Assembly (NCBI GenBank): GCA_041946735.1
Contig: JBHGAY010000003.1
Coordinates: forward strand, 96,001-160,000
Reading direction: 5' to 3'
DNA length: 64,000 nt
Source: Candidatus Eiseniibacteriota bacterium
GTDB lineage: Bacteria > Eisenbacteria > RBG-16-71-46 > CAIMUX01 > VGJL01
The notes beneath the pieces are model-generated. The model was not told where the DNA came from and searched no databases. It worked only from the letters and a program-made list of their open reading frames with translations. Made by a program: the position numbers and the translations under genes. Every line of letters begins with the position of its first letter. Within the stretch, counting starts at the first letter, position 1. Positions 10,084 through 20,200 of the stretch are shown here, in pieces.

Positions 10084-10836
10084 ATGAGGCCCTATGGAGT
10101 CGATCCTCTGATCCATGATGGCGTCTTCTATGACGCGATGAACACTTCCCTGGGCGACCTCGACTATTACGACGGATGGTGCCGGCAGGCCGGCGGCGAG
10201 GTGCTCGAGCTTTGCTGCGGCACCGGGCGTCTCACGATCCCTCTTGCGCAGCGCGGGCATCGGATGACAGGTCTCGATTTCACCGATTCGATGCTCGATT
10301 CCGCCCGCGAGAAGGGTCGCGCTGCGGGGGTGGACGTGCGCTGGGTCAAGGGAGACATGCGCCGGCTGAGCCTGGGGCGACGGTTCTCGATGATCTTCAT
10401 CCCGTTCAACTCGCTCCAGAACACCTACACCATCGAGGACATCGAGAGAATCTTCGCCGGAGTGCGGGCGCATCTCGAACCCGGCGGTCTCTTCCTCACA
10501 GACCTGTTCAATCCCGATGTCAATCGCCTGGTCGGGCGTGACGTCACTCCTCGCATCTGGGATTTCCATCTGCCCGACGGCCGCCGTGTCGAGATCGTCG
10601 AGACGTGCCGCTACGATGCCGCCGGCCAGGTGAACCGGGTGTTGTGGTCCTTCAGAATCGAAGGGCAGGAGAGTCCGATGGACCAGCTTCTCGACATGCG
10701 GTGCTTCTTCCCTCAGGAGATGGACGCGCTCCTGCGCTACAACGGCTGGAAGGTGCTCGAGAAGTTCGGCAACTACGACGGCTCGCCGTTCACGTCCGAC
10801 TCGCCGAAGCAGCTCTACGTCTGCGTGCCGGCCTGA
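10084..10836 (+). CDS. Class I SAM-dependent methyltransferase
   Basis: VLELCCGTGR motif I, GLDFTDSML, KGDMR, HLEPGG; GAGGAG ribosome-binding site. Confidence 0.9.
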   Translation: MRPYGVDPLIHDGVFYDAMNTSLGDLDYYDGWCRQAGGEVLELCCGTGRLTIPLAQRGHRMTGLDFTDSMLDSAREKGRAAGVDVRWVKGDMRRLSLGRRFSMIFIPFNSLQNTYTIEDIERIFAGVRAHLEPGGLFLTDLFNPDVNRLVGRDVTPRIWDFHLPDGRRVEIVETCRYDAAGQVNRVLWSFRIEGQESPMDQLLDMRCFFPQEMDALLRYNGWKVLEKFGNYDGSPFTSDSPKQLYVCVPA

Positions 10837-11555
10837 TCGCGGGTGTCGTCGATGTCCGCGGCGAAGAACGCGAGCGCCGTCTTCCCGACCTGCGCCGTGT
10901 CGTAGTAGGCGTAGGCTCCGATCCCGACCGCGCCGACGACCGGCAGCCAGCGCGAAGCGGCGCGACCGGCCGCGCGCTCGGAGATCGAGACGCCCACGCG
11001 CCGCAGCATGCTTCGCAGCATCTCCATCGAAGTCCTGCGGACCACGTAGCGTTCCCCTGCGCGCATCACGACGTCCCGGACCACCTGGCCTGCCGCATGG
11101 CGGAAGAGGCAGTACGCCATCTCCTCCCGGCCGAGACGGGCCGTCTTGCCGTGCAGCGCGGCGATGTCGGCGACGAGCTGGCGCTGGATGCGCCAGATCG
11201 CCATCAGATCGGGCAGGACCGTCGCGAGCCCGAGCGGGCCGGGCGGGATCGAGAGCGTCGCCGACGTGAGCGCCGCGCGCGAGGAGGCGTGCAGGATCAG
11301 AAGCTTCGATCGATCCGCGGGAGTGCGCTCGGCCACCGCCTTCGACGCTGGGATCCGGCTGATCAGGCGGAACAACGCCTCCGCCAGCCGCTCCTCGAGG
11401 CGGGAGGGCGAGAACCCGAACGCGCCCGCGCGCGTGCCCGAGCGCCCGCCCGCGCGTTCCGCGCCCGCGCGTGCGCCCAAGCGTGCGCCCGAACGTGCGC
11501 CCGAGCGCCCCGCCCCCGCGCGCCCGCCCTTCCCGCGGCGACTCGTGAACGCCAT
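10815..11555 (-). CDS. EcsC-like protein
   Basis: SIPPGPLGLATVLPDL..IWRIQ.QLVADIAALHG and RWLPVVGAVG...YAYYDT.QVGK patterns; Arg/Gly-rich repetitive N-terminus, start uncertain. Confidence 0.65.
   Translation of the reverse strand: MAFTSRRGKGGRAGAGRSGARSGARLGARAGAERAGGRSGTRAGAFGFSPSRLEERLAEALFRLISRIPASKAVAERTPADRSKLLILHASSRAALTSATLSIPPGPLGLATVLPDLMAIWRIQRQLVADIAALHGKTARLGREEMAYCLFRHAAGQVVRDVVMRAGERYVVRRTSMEMLRSMLRRVGVSISERAAGRAASRWLPVVGAVGIGAYAYYDTAQVGKTALAFFAADIDDTRDQAGTQT
11470..11505. repeat. 3 x 12-bp tandem repeat (CGTGCGCCCRAR), in frame in the EcsC-like N-terminus
   Basis: cgtgcgcccaag cgtgcgcccgaa cgtgcgcccgag. Confidence 0.7.
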
Positions 11556-11564
11556 CGATCGCCT

Positions 11565-12572
11565 CTATCCCGCCACCGCCTCCGGTCCTCGCTCCAGGGC
11601 GTCCTGGATGCGCCGGCGCGTGCGCGGTCCCCAGGGTTCGTGATCCAGAGGGAGCTCCTCCGGCCCGAAGAATCCGACCTCCGTGCTTTCCACGCCGTCG
11701 GCGCGGAGCGTCCCTCCTTCGATTTCGCAGAGGAAGCAGGCCACCGCGAGCCAGACCTGATCCCCGTTCGGATAGACCGACCAGTGGTCGAGCCCGGCGT
11801 AGAAGCCGGTCAAGCGCGTGGCGCGCACGATCAGTCCTGTCTCCTCTTCGACCTCGCGCACCGCCGTGCCGTCGATCCGCTCGCCCATCTCCATCGATCC
11901 GGCCGGGAGCGCCCAGAGCCCGGAGTCGCCTCGCCGTATGAGGAGCACCCGGCCCAGTCCGTCCTGCACGATCGCCGAGGCGCACGGCATCAGGATCGGC
12001 TCGGCGCCGACGTGCGATCGCAGCCAGCGGACGATCCCTTCGGGATGGGGGTTCGGCCCGCTCGGCGAACCGGCGTCGAAGCGCGTGGCGGGGGAGCCGG
12101 CGCGAACGTCTGCGAGCATCTGGTCGTACCAGGGGAAGAGCGGGGGAGCGGAATCGATCGGAAGGAAGATCTGCTCGAGCGATTCGTCGCCGTCCGGCTC
12201 GCCGCTCCCCCCTTCGATCTCGCACTCGAACGCTCCGGTCACCTGCTGGACCGCATCTCCGTTGGGATAGTGGACCGTGTAGTCGGGGGAGGAATACAGC
12301 CCGACGAAACGCACCGGCCGCACCTCGTAGCCGGTCTCCTCGCGCGCTTCGCGCCGGAGCGCGTCGATCAACGTCTCTCCCGGCTCCAGGATCCCGCCGG
12401 GGAGCCCCCAGATCGGGAAGTCGGCGCGGCGCTGGAACAGGACGCGGCCGGAACGGTCCCGCACGATCGCGGTCGCGTAGACGAGCAGGATCGGCTCGCG
12501 TCCGACGTGCGAGCGGATCCAGCCGAGATAACCCGATGGATGGGGGAAGGAAGGCGTTTCGCTATCGCTCAC
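11565..12572 (-). CDS. Tandem (double) NUDIX hydrolase
   Basis: Two NUDIX boxes (GGILEPGETLIDALRREAREETG; AGSMEMGERIDGTAVREVEEETG), each preceded by PHP.G...W.RSHVG.EPIL. The GTG start overlaps the nitroreductase stop (GTGA). Confidence 0.88.
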   Translation of the reverse strand: MSDSETPSFPHPSGYLGWIRSHVGREPILLVYATAIVRDRSGRVLFQRRADFPIWGLPGGILEPGETLIDALRREAREETGYEVRPVRFVGLYSSPDYTVHYPNGDAVQQVTGAFECEIEGGSGEPDGDESLEQIFLPIDSAPPLFPWYDQMLADVRAGSPATRFDAGSPSGPNPHPEGIVRWLRSHVGAEPILMPCASAIVQDGLGRVLLIRRGDSGLWALPAGSMEMGERIDGTAVREVEEETGLIVRATRLTGFYAGLDHWSVYPNGDQVWLAVACFLCEIEGGTLRADGVESTEVGFFGPEELPLDHEPWGPRTRRRIQDALERGPEAVAG

Positions 12573-13099
12573 CGCGTCTCCACGATCTCCCGCAGCGGGC
12601 GGCGCGGGCGCGCGCGACCAGGCCCGGCCGGCTGCCCGATCGGCACCATCGCCACGGGGCGGAGCCGGTCGGGGAGCGAAATGGCGGCGCGGACCGCCTC
12701 CTCCTCGAACGCTCCGACCCAGCAGCTCCCATAGCCGAGCGCAGTGGCGGCGACGAGCGCGTTTTCCACCGCCGCGGCCGTGTCCTGGTAGACGTAGAGC
12801 GTACGGCCACGCTCTCCATATTCCTCGGCGGACCGATCGGGGTCGGCGCAGACGACGAGCACCACCGGCGCCTCGGACAGGAACTCCTGGCCATGGGCGG
12901 CCGCGGCGAGCGCGCAGCGAAGATCGAGCGACCGGACGACGTAGAATCGCCACGGCTGCGAGTTGCCGGCCGATGGCGCGTGGCGCATCGCCTCGAGCAG
13001 ACGCGTCAGATCCTCCTCCGGGATCGGATCGGACCGGTAGGAGCGGCAGCTCGTTCGCGTGAGGATCGGGTCGAGAAGGGCGGCACGGTTACGGTCCAT
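12569..13099 (-). CDS. Nitroreductase family protein
   Basis: RTSCRSY, APSAGNSQPWRF, APVVLVV, QDTAAAVEN.LVAATALGYGSCWVGAF. Confidence 0.9.
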   Translation of the reverse strand: MDRNRAALLDPILTRTSCRSYRSDPIPEEDLTRLLEAMRHAPSAGNSQPWRFYVVRSLDLRCALAAAAHGQEFLSEAPVVLVVCADPDRSAEEYGERGRTLYVYQDTAAAVENALVAATALGYGSCWVGAFEEEAVRAAISLPDRLRPVAMVPIGQPAGPGRARPRRPLREIVETR

Positions 13100-13146
13100 C
13101 CTGGGCGGCCTCCAGTTCCGCCAGCGGGCGCGGAGCCGTGCGCCGG

Positions 13147-16100
13147 CTACCGCGCCGCTTCCGTGGAGTCTACTTCGCGCAGGATGCCCGGTCTCAGGAA
13201 GAAGAGGACGGCCCGCGCCGGCGACCCGAACAGCTCCGAAGCCGCCCGCCGGTAGATAGCCATCTGCCCCGCGTACAGGCGCGTCCGCTCCTCGATCGCC
13301 TCGTCGCCGGCGACGCGGTCCGACTTCCAGTCGAGGACCGTCCAGACTCCGGTCGCCGGGTCCCGGAAGACGAGGTCGATCCGGCCCTGCACGAGGATCC
13401 AGGGATCGCCCGCCTCGCGCATGCGATCCGGATCGCCGAGCGCGCCGGCCCAGCCGGGATCGTTCGCGATCTCGCCGGCGAGGTCGGGGAGCAGCCGCGC
13501 CGCTTCGGACAGGGGCAGGCGCAAGCTGAAGGCGACTTCGCGCTCGATCGCACGGGCCGTCGAGAGGGCGCGTCCGGTGGGAGACGCGAGGAGCGCGCGC
13601 AGTCCGGCCGAAAGGACCGAGACCTCTTCGGGCGTGGCGCCGCCGTCTGCGGGCGCAGCGGCTTCGACCCGCGGCGCGAGGGACGCCTCGTCGATCCCGG
13701 CGAAGTCGATTCGCTCGAGCATCTCGTGCAGGCGGATCCCCTGCTCGGCAGCGGCGGCCGCCGAAACGCCGGCCTTCGCCTCCGGCGCGCCGGCAAGGGC
13801 GACCGGCTCCGCGGCGCCCAGGCTCGGCGCGAGGAGCAGCGCGGCCGGTTCCTCGTCCTCGGCGGTGGACAGAGCGGCCGCCAGGACGCTCGCGCTCTTG
13901 AACTCCGTCGCCCATAGCTTGGCGCGCGCCGAGGAGAGCGACGCCGTCCAGGGGAAGGGCGGGCGGCGCGTCACGCGCTCGTAGGCGGCGTCCGCTTCGC
14001 GATCCGCTTCCTCTGCCGAGTCGCTCCCCGCCCCCGTGGCGCGCTCCGCCACGGCGGTGCGCTCCGCCCCGGTGGTGCTCTCCGCCCCGGCGCTCCCCGC
14101 CGCCACATCGTCCGCCTCCGCCGGCTCGGCCGCAGCGAGCGCGGCCGGCTCGAGCGCGCGGAGGGCCGGCTCGAGCGCGCGGATCGCGTTTTCCGGCGGC
14201 GCGGAGAGTCCCGGCACGATCGGATCGGACCATCGCACGACGAAGGGCGTTCCCTCGACCTCCCCGTCCCGGTCGGGAAGCGGGGGAAGCGCGCACAGGA
14301 TCCAGCCGAGCCAGGACGGCTTGCGGGCGAGCAGCATCTCGACGAGGGCGGCGCGCCGCTGCGGATCCGCCTCGCGTCGCGCCTCCTCGAACAGCTCCCG
14401 GAACAGCGGTTCCGCCACGGCGCGCGTGTGCGGGCACCCGCTCAGCAGCAGGCGGTCGCGCGCCCGCGTCATCGCGACGTAGAGGATCCTCTTCTCTTCG
14501 GCGATCGTGGCGCGCTTCCCTTCGTCGCGCAGCAGGCGCAACGGCCACGGGTCTCGCAAGAGGTAGCGCGCCGGATCGAGCAGCCGGACGCCGATGTAGC
14601 GTGGCCCGGGAGCGAGCGAGCTCACCTCGTCCACGACGCGCGCGAGACGGTCCGTGCGAGCGACGACGACGATCGGGAACTCGAGCCCTTTCGCCTCGTG
14701 CACCGTCAGGATGCGCACCGCCGGGATCGACGCCGAGGCGAGAGGTGCCTGGGCGATCGGCACCCCGCGCATCTCCAAGTCGTCGAGCCACCGGAGGAAG
14801 CGGGGCAGCGCGTGCCCCGAGTCGCCCGCGAAGCGCCGCGCGAGGGTGACGAGCTTCCGCAGATTCGCCTGCCTCTGCAGGCCGCCGGGGAGGGCAGCGA
14901 CTGCGTCGAGCAGGCGCGTCTCGTCCAGGATCCGCTCGAGGAGGGCGGGAAGCTCCAGATGGCCCGCCGCTTCGCGCCATCCCACGATCGCCTCCACGGC
15001 GGCGGCCGCGCGCTCACGCAAGCCGGCGAGGAGCGGATGATCCGGCAGGTCACCCGGCGATCCGAGCAGGACCGAGCGCGCCTCCGGATCGCGCGGGAGC
15101 AGCGCCATCTCGCGCGCCGTTCCGATCGCCCCGGCGATCGACGCAAGACCGTAGGCGAGATGCAGGGCATAGGGGCGAGCGATCCGCAGCGCGAGCAGCT
15201 CGGCGTCCGACCATCCGAAGGCGGGGGAACGAAGGGCGGCGGCGAGGGCGATGTCGTCGAGCAGATTGTCTGTCACGCGCAGCAGCCCGATCGCGTCGCG
15301 CACTTCCCGCGACTCGAAGAACGGCGCGCCGGCGGAAACGTGGACCGGGATGCCGTGCTCCTCGAGGATCCGCCCGATGGGTGGGGCGTCCGCGCGCACC
15401 CGCACGAGGATCGCGATGTCGCCGAACGCGGCCCGCCTCGGCGCCCCACTCTCCGGATCGCGAACCGTCTCGCCGGAATCGAGGATCTCGCGCAGTCGGC
15501 GCGCGATCGCGCGCGCCTCTGCCTCGATCGGATCGACGAAGCCCGTCGCACCGTCCCCGAGCCGTTCGACCGCATTCGCCGCGTCGTCTTCGCCGCCGCA
15601 GGAGGGCTTCGCCTCGGCCTCCATCTCCGCCTTCGCCCCTGCCTCCGCGTCCGCCTCTCCCTCCACCTCCGTCTCCGCCTTCGCCTTCGCCTCTCCCTTC
15701 GCCTCCGCCTCCGCGTCATCGCCGTTGGCCGGCGGTCGCACGAGGAGCAGCTCCACCGGCGCGCCCGGCGGCGGCGACGCCTCCGCCTTTCCTCCCGGCT
15801 CGAGGCGTTCGCGTTCGTAACTGCCGCCGATCTCCTCGTCGAGGAAGATCCTCTCCGAGATGCGATTCACCGCCTGGAGCACCGGCACGAGGCTCCGGAA
15901 GTTCTCCGGCAGCGGCACGGTCCACGCCGGCTCCTCGCGAGGCGGATGCTCGGGATCCTCCACCCACGCGCGAGACTGCCCGAGCGCGCGGAAGATCGAG
16001 GGATCGGCGAGGCGGAACTGGTAGATGCTCTGCTTCACGTCGCCCACGCGGAAGACGCCGGCCGGGTCGCAGAGCCGCGAGAGAATGCGGTGCTGCAGGC

Positions 16101-17292
16101 CGTTGACGTCCTGGAACTCGTCGACGAAGACCCGGTCGAAGCCGACCGGCTTCTCCTCCGCCTCCCCGGCAGGGCTGCCCTCGAGGAGGGCGAGCGTGCG
16201 AATCTCGAGGTCCGAGTAGTCGAGGCGGCCTGTCCGTCCCTTCGCCTCCTCGTACGCGGCATGGACGCGCTGGGTGAGGTGCACGAGCGCCCGCGCGTAG
16301 TGCGCCGACTGGCCCTCCTCCGCGAGCAGCTCCACGGTGTCGAGCGGCATCGCGGCGAGGTAGACATTCCCCAGCGCTTCCTTGACCACCTGTCGGAGCT
16401 TTCCCAGCTCGGGCGACCGCCGCAGCGTCGGGAGATCGATCGAGAACGACGCACCCTCTGCGTCGCGCGCGATGACGCCGGCCCGCTCGAGCGCCGCCAG
16501 CGCCTCGTGCTGGCCGGCAGGATCCCCCAACCGCTCCGGGTCGATCGCCTCCAGCGCTCGGGCGAGCTCCGCGAACGGCCGGTTCTTCGGATCGTTCGCG
16601 GTCGCGCGCCCGGCGAGCATCCGGAGCAGGCCGGTGGCGGTCCTCCAGGCGAGCGCGGCGCGTCTCGCGTAATCCTCGCGCCACGGCAGATCGTCCCAAG
16701 CTCCGTGCCGTCCCATCCTCTCGAGATGCTGATCGAGGAAGCGTGCCGGATCGTCGGACGCCCGCGCATATTCGAGCAGGCGCCGGACTACCTTTCGCAG
16801 GCGCTCCCCCTCCTCGTCGTAACCGCACATTTCCACGAGGCGCGCGAATGTCTCGGTCGCTTCCTCTCCCCAACTTCCGCGATACCCATCCTCGAAGACG
16901 CGCGTGACGGCTTCTTCCAGCAGGAGCGTCGCATCCTCCTCCGAGAGGATCCGGAAGCGCGGATCGACCCCCGCCCGCTCGAACTGCTCGCGCAGCAGGC
17001 GCGCGCAGAAGGCATGGATCGTCGAGATCCGCGCCTGCGGAAGCTGCAGGCGAAGGTGGGCCAGCTGCGGCGACTCCGACAGCGTGCGATAGATGCGGTT
17101 CTTCATCTCCATCGCCGCCTTCTCCGTGAAGGTGACGACCAGGATCCTCTCGAGCGGGATGCCGTCGGCCAGGCACCCGAGGACGCGCTCGACGAGGACC
17201 CGCGTCTTCCCGGATCCCGCGCCGGCCGCGATCAGCAGGTCGCGGTCGCGCGTCTCGACGGCGAGCCGCTGAAGCCGCGAAAGGGGGCTCAT
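13147..17292 (-). CDS. addA: ATP-dependent helicase/nuclease subunit A (UvrD helicase + RecB-family nuclease)
   Basis: AGAGSGKT, VTFTEKAA.EMKNRI, ISTIHAFC, VDEFQD, VGDVKQSIYQFR.AD, LPENFRS, TVHEAKGLEF, EEKRILYVAMTRA, QGRIDL..VLDWKSD..YAGQMAIY; ATGA overlap with addB. Confidence 0.9.
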   Translation of the reverse strand: MSPLSRLQRLAVETRDRDLLIAAGAGSGKTRVLVERVLGCLADGIPLERILVVTFTEKAAMEMKNRIYRTLSESPQLAHLRLQLPQARISTIHAFCARLLREQFERAGVDPRFRILSEEDATLLLEEAVTRVFEDGYRGSWGEEATETFARLVEMCGYDEEGERLRKVVRRLLEYARASDDPARFLDQHLERMGRHGAWDDLPWREDYARRAALAWRTATGLLRMLAGRATANDPKNRPFAELARALEAIDPERLGDPAGQHEALAALERAGVIARDAEGASFSIDLPTLRRSPELGKLRQVVKEALGNVYLAAMPLDTVELLAEEGQSAHYARALVHLTQRVHAAYEEAKGRTGRLDYSDLEIRTLALLEGSPAGEAEEKPVGFDRVFVDEFQDVNGLQHRILSRLCDPAGVFRVGDVKQSIYQFRLADPSIFRALGQSRAWVEDPEHPPREEPAWTVPLPENFRSLVPVLQAVNRISERIFLDEEIGGSYERERLEPGGKAEASPPPGAPVELLLVRPPANGDDAEAEAKGEAKAKAETEVEGEADAEAGAKAEMEAEAKPSCGGEDDAANAVERLGDGATGFVDPIEAEARAIARRLREILDSGETVRDPESGAPRRAAFGDIAILVRVRADAPPIGRILEEHGIPVHVSAGAPFFESREVRDAIGLLRVTDNLLDDIALAAALRSPAFGWSDAELLALRIARPYALHLAYGLASIAGAIGTAREMALLPRDPEARSVLLGSPGDLPDHPLLAGLRERAAAAVEAIVGWREAAGHLELPALLERILDETRLLDAVAALPGGLQRQANLRKLVTLARRFAGDSGHALPRFLRWLDDLEMRGVPIAQAPLASASIPAVRILTVHEAKGLEFPIVVVARTDRLARVVDEVSSLAPGPRYIGVRLLDPARYLLRDPWPLRLLRDEGKRATIAEEKRILYVAMTRARDRLLLSGCPHTRAVAEPLFRELFEEARREADPQRRAALVEMLLARKPSWLGWILCALPPLPDRDGEVEGTPFVVRWSDPIVPGLSAPPENAIRALEPALRALEPAALAAAEPAEADDVAAGSAGAESTTGAERTAVAERATGAGSDSAEEADREADAAYERVTRRPPFPWTASLSSARAKLWATEFKSASVLAAALSTAEDEEPAALLLAPSLGAAEPVALAGAPEAKAGVSAAAAAEQGIRLHEMLERIDFAGIDEASLAPRVEAAAPADGGATPEEVSVLSAGLRALLASPTGRALSTARAIEREVAFSLRLPLSEAARLLPDLAGEIANDPGWAGALGDPDRMREAGDPWILVQGRIDLVFRDPATGVWTVLDWKSDRVAGDEAIEERTRLYAGQMAIYRRAASELFGSPARAVLFFLRPGILREVDSTEAAR

Positions 17293-20200
17293 GCGCGCCC
17301 GCCTTCCCGACGATCGGCTTCGTCGAGCGCATCGTCGAGCGGGAGGTCGAAACGTTCCAGCCCGTCGATCGGCCGGGACCTCGGCGGGTTGTATTCGGGG
17401 TCGGTCCTGCAGAGGACGGAGAAATCGCAGAAGTCGCACGGCGGCCGCGAGCCTGCCTGCGCGGGCGCGACGTCGATGCACCCGGCCGCCATCGCCCGCC
17501 CGAAGAGGCCGAGCAGGCGGCGCGCCTGCCCGAGGAGCCGCTCGAGGTCGGCGCCGTCGGCGATCCTCGAAGACTTGCGCGGCTGCGAGAGGACCGAAAG
17601 GCCGCCGTCGATCTCCGCGCGGATCGTCTCCGGCAGCAGCCCCGTCATCCGCAGTCCGAAGTTGCGCTCCGCCCTCTGCTCGAGGGTCGGCCTGGGCAGC
17701 ACGGGAACGTACAGCGCGCCGGCCGGCCGGAACCCGAGCACCTCTGCGGCGAGGAGGTAGACGGCGAGCTGCAGATCGAAGCCGTCGAGCAGGTCGTCGC
17801 GGCGGCCGCGCCGCTGCGCGATTCGCGACTTGTAGTCGAGGACGATGGCCTCCGGTCGAGTGGCCCCCGGTCGCGCCTCGTCCGGTCGCGCCTCGTCCGG
17901 TCGCGCCTCGTCCGGTCGCCCCTCTTCCTGTCGCGCCGCCGCCGAGCGCCCGTCCTCCTCGCTCTTCGTCGCTTCTGCCGGCCGCGCGTCGAGCCGGTCG
18001 ATCCTCCCTCGCAGGTAGAGGCGCGAAGAACCCCCGATCGGGATCGCGAGCGCGTTCTCCTCGGTCGTCCCGAAGTCCAGCTCGTACTCGAGCGGACGGA
18101 ACGGGCTGCGCTGCTCCCGGAGAGTCTCGACGTCGAGGAACCGCAGGATCTGCGTGCCGGTCGTGCGCAGGCGGACGCGGCCGGCCGGCTCGGTCCGGAA
18201 TGCGGCGAGGTCCGGCTCCTGCGCGATCCGCTCCAGCAGCTCGTGGAGGCGCCGCTGCCGCTCCGGCGGATCCTGCTCGTGCACGCGCGCCCTGTAGAGC
18301 AGCTCGAGCGCGCGATGGGCGAGAATCCCGGTCGCGATCGGCGTCAGGGCCGCGCGAGGCCGGGGGCGCAGGCGCAGCACGTCCCCCGCAAAGTGCCGGT
18401 AGGGGCAAAGCGCGAACGCTTCGAGCCGGCTTGCGCTCGCGTAGAGGTGATCGCCGCGCTCATGCGCGCGTAGCAGCTCGGGCGGGACGGTCGGGCGGTT
18501 CGCATAACCGAAGACCCGCGCCGCCGGCGCGAGCGTGGCGCGCAGATCGGGCTGCCGCGGAGCGCGGACGATCCTGTTGTAGGCGGCGAGCACCCGGCGG
18601 TCGCGCACGGCCGCGGAATCGGCAGGTGGCTCGGGCGGGCGCCCGCGGAGCCGCTTGTCGAGCCGCAGGGCCAGGTAGGCGCCGATCCGCGAGGCGAGAT
18701 CCTGCGGAGTCTGCGCCTCCCGCAGATCGGCCGGATCTTCCTCGATCCGCGGAACCTCCTCGACCAGGCCGGGGCAGGACCGCGTCAGCTCACGCAGGAA
18801 GGGGGACGGCTCGATCGATCGTCCCTCGGAATCGGAGGCGGGACGGGTCAAGAGCACCGCGTCGGTCGCCCGGGTCATCGCGATATAGAAGAAGTACGCC
18901 TCCTCCTCCTGCCGAAGCGTGTCGGGAGGCCCGAGGGTCAACCCGAGGCTCGAGAGAAGCTCGCGCTCGCGCGGCTGGAAGAAGCGGTCCGTGCCGACCG
19001 CCCGGGGGAAGTCCGCCGAGAGGCCGCCGACGATCACGCGTCGCGCCTCGCCGACGCGCGACCTTTGCACCTCGGCCACTGTGACGGGACCGAGACGCGA
19101 CGGCGTCCGCCCGAGGCGGAGCGAAGCCAGTCCGGCCGCGGCGAGATCGGCGAACCCGTCGATCGTGAGGCGCCGCTCGCCCGCCTCGCTCGCGATCTGG
19201 TCGAGCACGTGCGCGACCGCCGCCGCTTCGCGCGCGCTGTCCGGGTCGCGGGGCAGCCGCCTCGCGATCCCCGTCTCGTCGATCCAGGCGCGCAGCGTCG
19301 CCACCGCGGCGGCTCCGTCGAGCCCTCCCTCCCACGACTCCTCGAGGCGGCGCAGCGGTTGCAGGCGCTCGCGCCGGACCCGGTTGGCGATCCTCGTGCG
19401 CACCTCCTCGAGACGCTGCGCGGCCTGCACGTTGCGGCTCTCGATCTCCTCGCGGTCGGTCCCCGCTTCCCCTTCGCAGATCCCCTTCGTTTCGGGACGG
19501 TCGGGCGGCGCATCCTCGCGGACACGGAAGTAGCGCGTGCGGGGAGGCAGGATGCGTGGCAGCCAGTCCGGCCCATGCCAGTCGCCGTGGTCGTATCCCG
19601 CTTCGAGCGCGAGGTTGTCGAGCAGGTCGACGTCCGGCGGCGCCGCGCCGAGCAGCGGCGATCGGAGCAGGGCGAGCACCGACTCGCGCGACCACCGGGA
19701 GCGGAGCACCTGCAAGGCGTCGAGGATCGTGCGGATCAGGGGCCTCGCGGCCAGGTCCCAGTCGCGATCGACGAAAACCGGGATGCCGAAGCGGGCGAAC
19801 GTCGTCTCGAGAATCGGCCGGTAGCGCTCGAGATCGCGGATGATCACCGCCACCTCGTCGGGACGAACCGGATCGGGATCGAGCCGCGTCCAGGCGTCGA
19901 TGCGGCGCGCCCAAATCTCCACCTCGTGAGCGGGATCGCGCGCGACGAAGATGGGCAGGGCGATTTCCGCGCGCCCGGCCGCCTGCCCCGCACGGCTCTC
20001 ACGCCCCGCTTCCGGCGCGAGCAGCGTCCGCTCGATCGCGGCCAGCGACCGGTTCCGGAAGCGGCGGGCGGCCGGAAGGTCCACCCGATCGACGGCGGCG
20101 CCGGCGGCTCGGAATCGAGCGGAGATCTCGAGGAAGGTGCGCAGCGGCGCGAGGAAGACCGGGCGGTCGACGGCGCGCAGAAACGCCTCCGGCCAGCGCG

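Noticed and set aside
17851..17940. Tandem repeats as a possible CRISPR array
   Set aside because: There are no spacers, the units are in-frame coding sequence, and no cas genes are present; the AddB nuclease is not Cas4 in this context.
12569..18408. Apparent giant proteins from the ORF track (13147-18408 and 12569-14980; likewise 37558-40479 and 53995-57927)
   Set aside because: The upstream parts are off-frame read-through of neighbouring genes. Ribosome-binding sites or start/stop overlaps support starts at 17292, 13099, 39990 and 57453.
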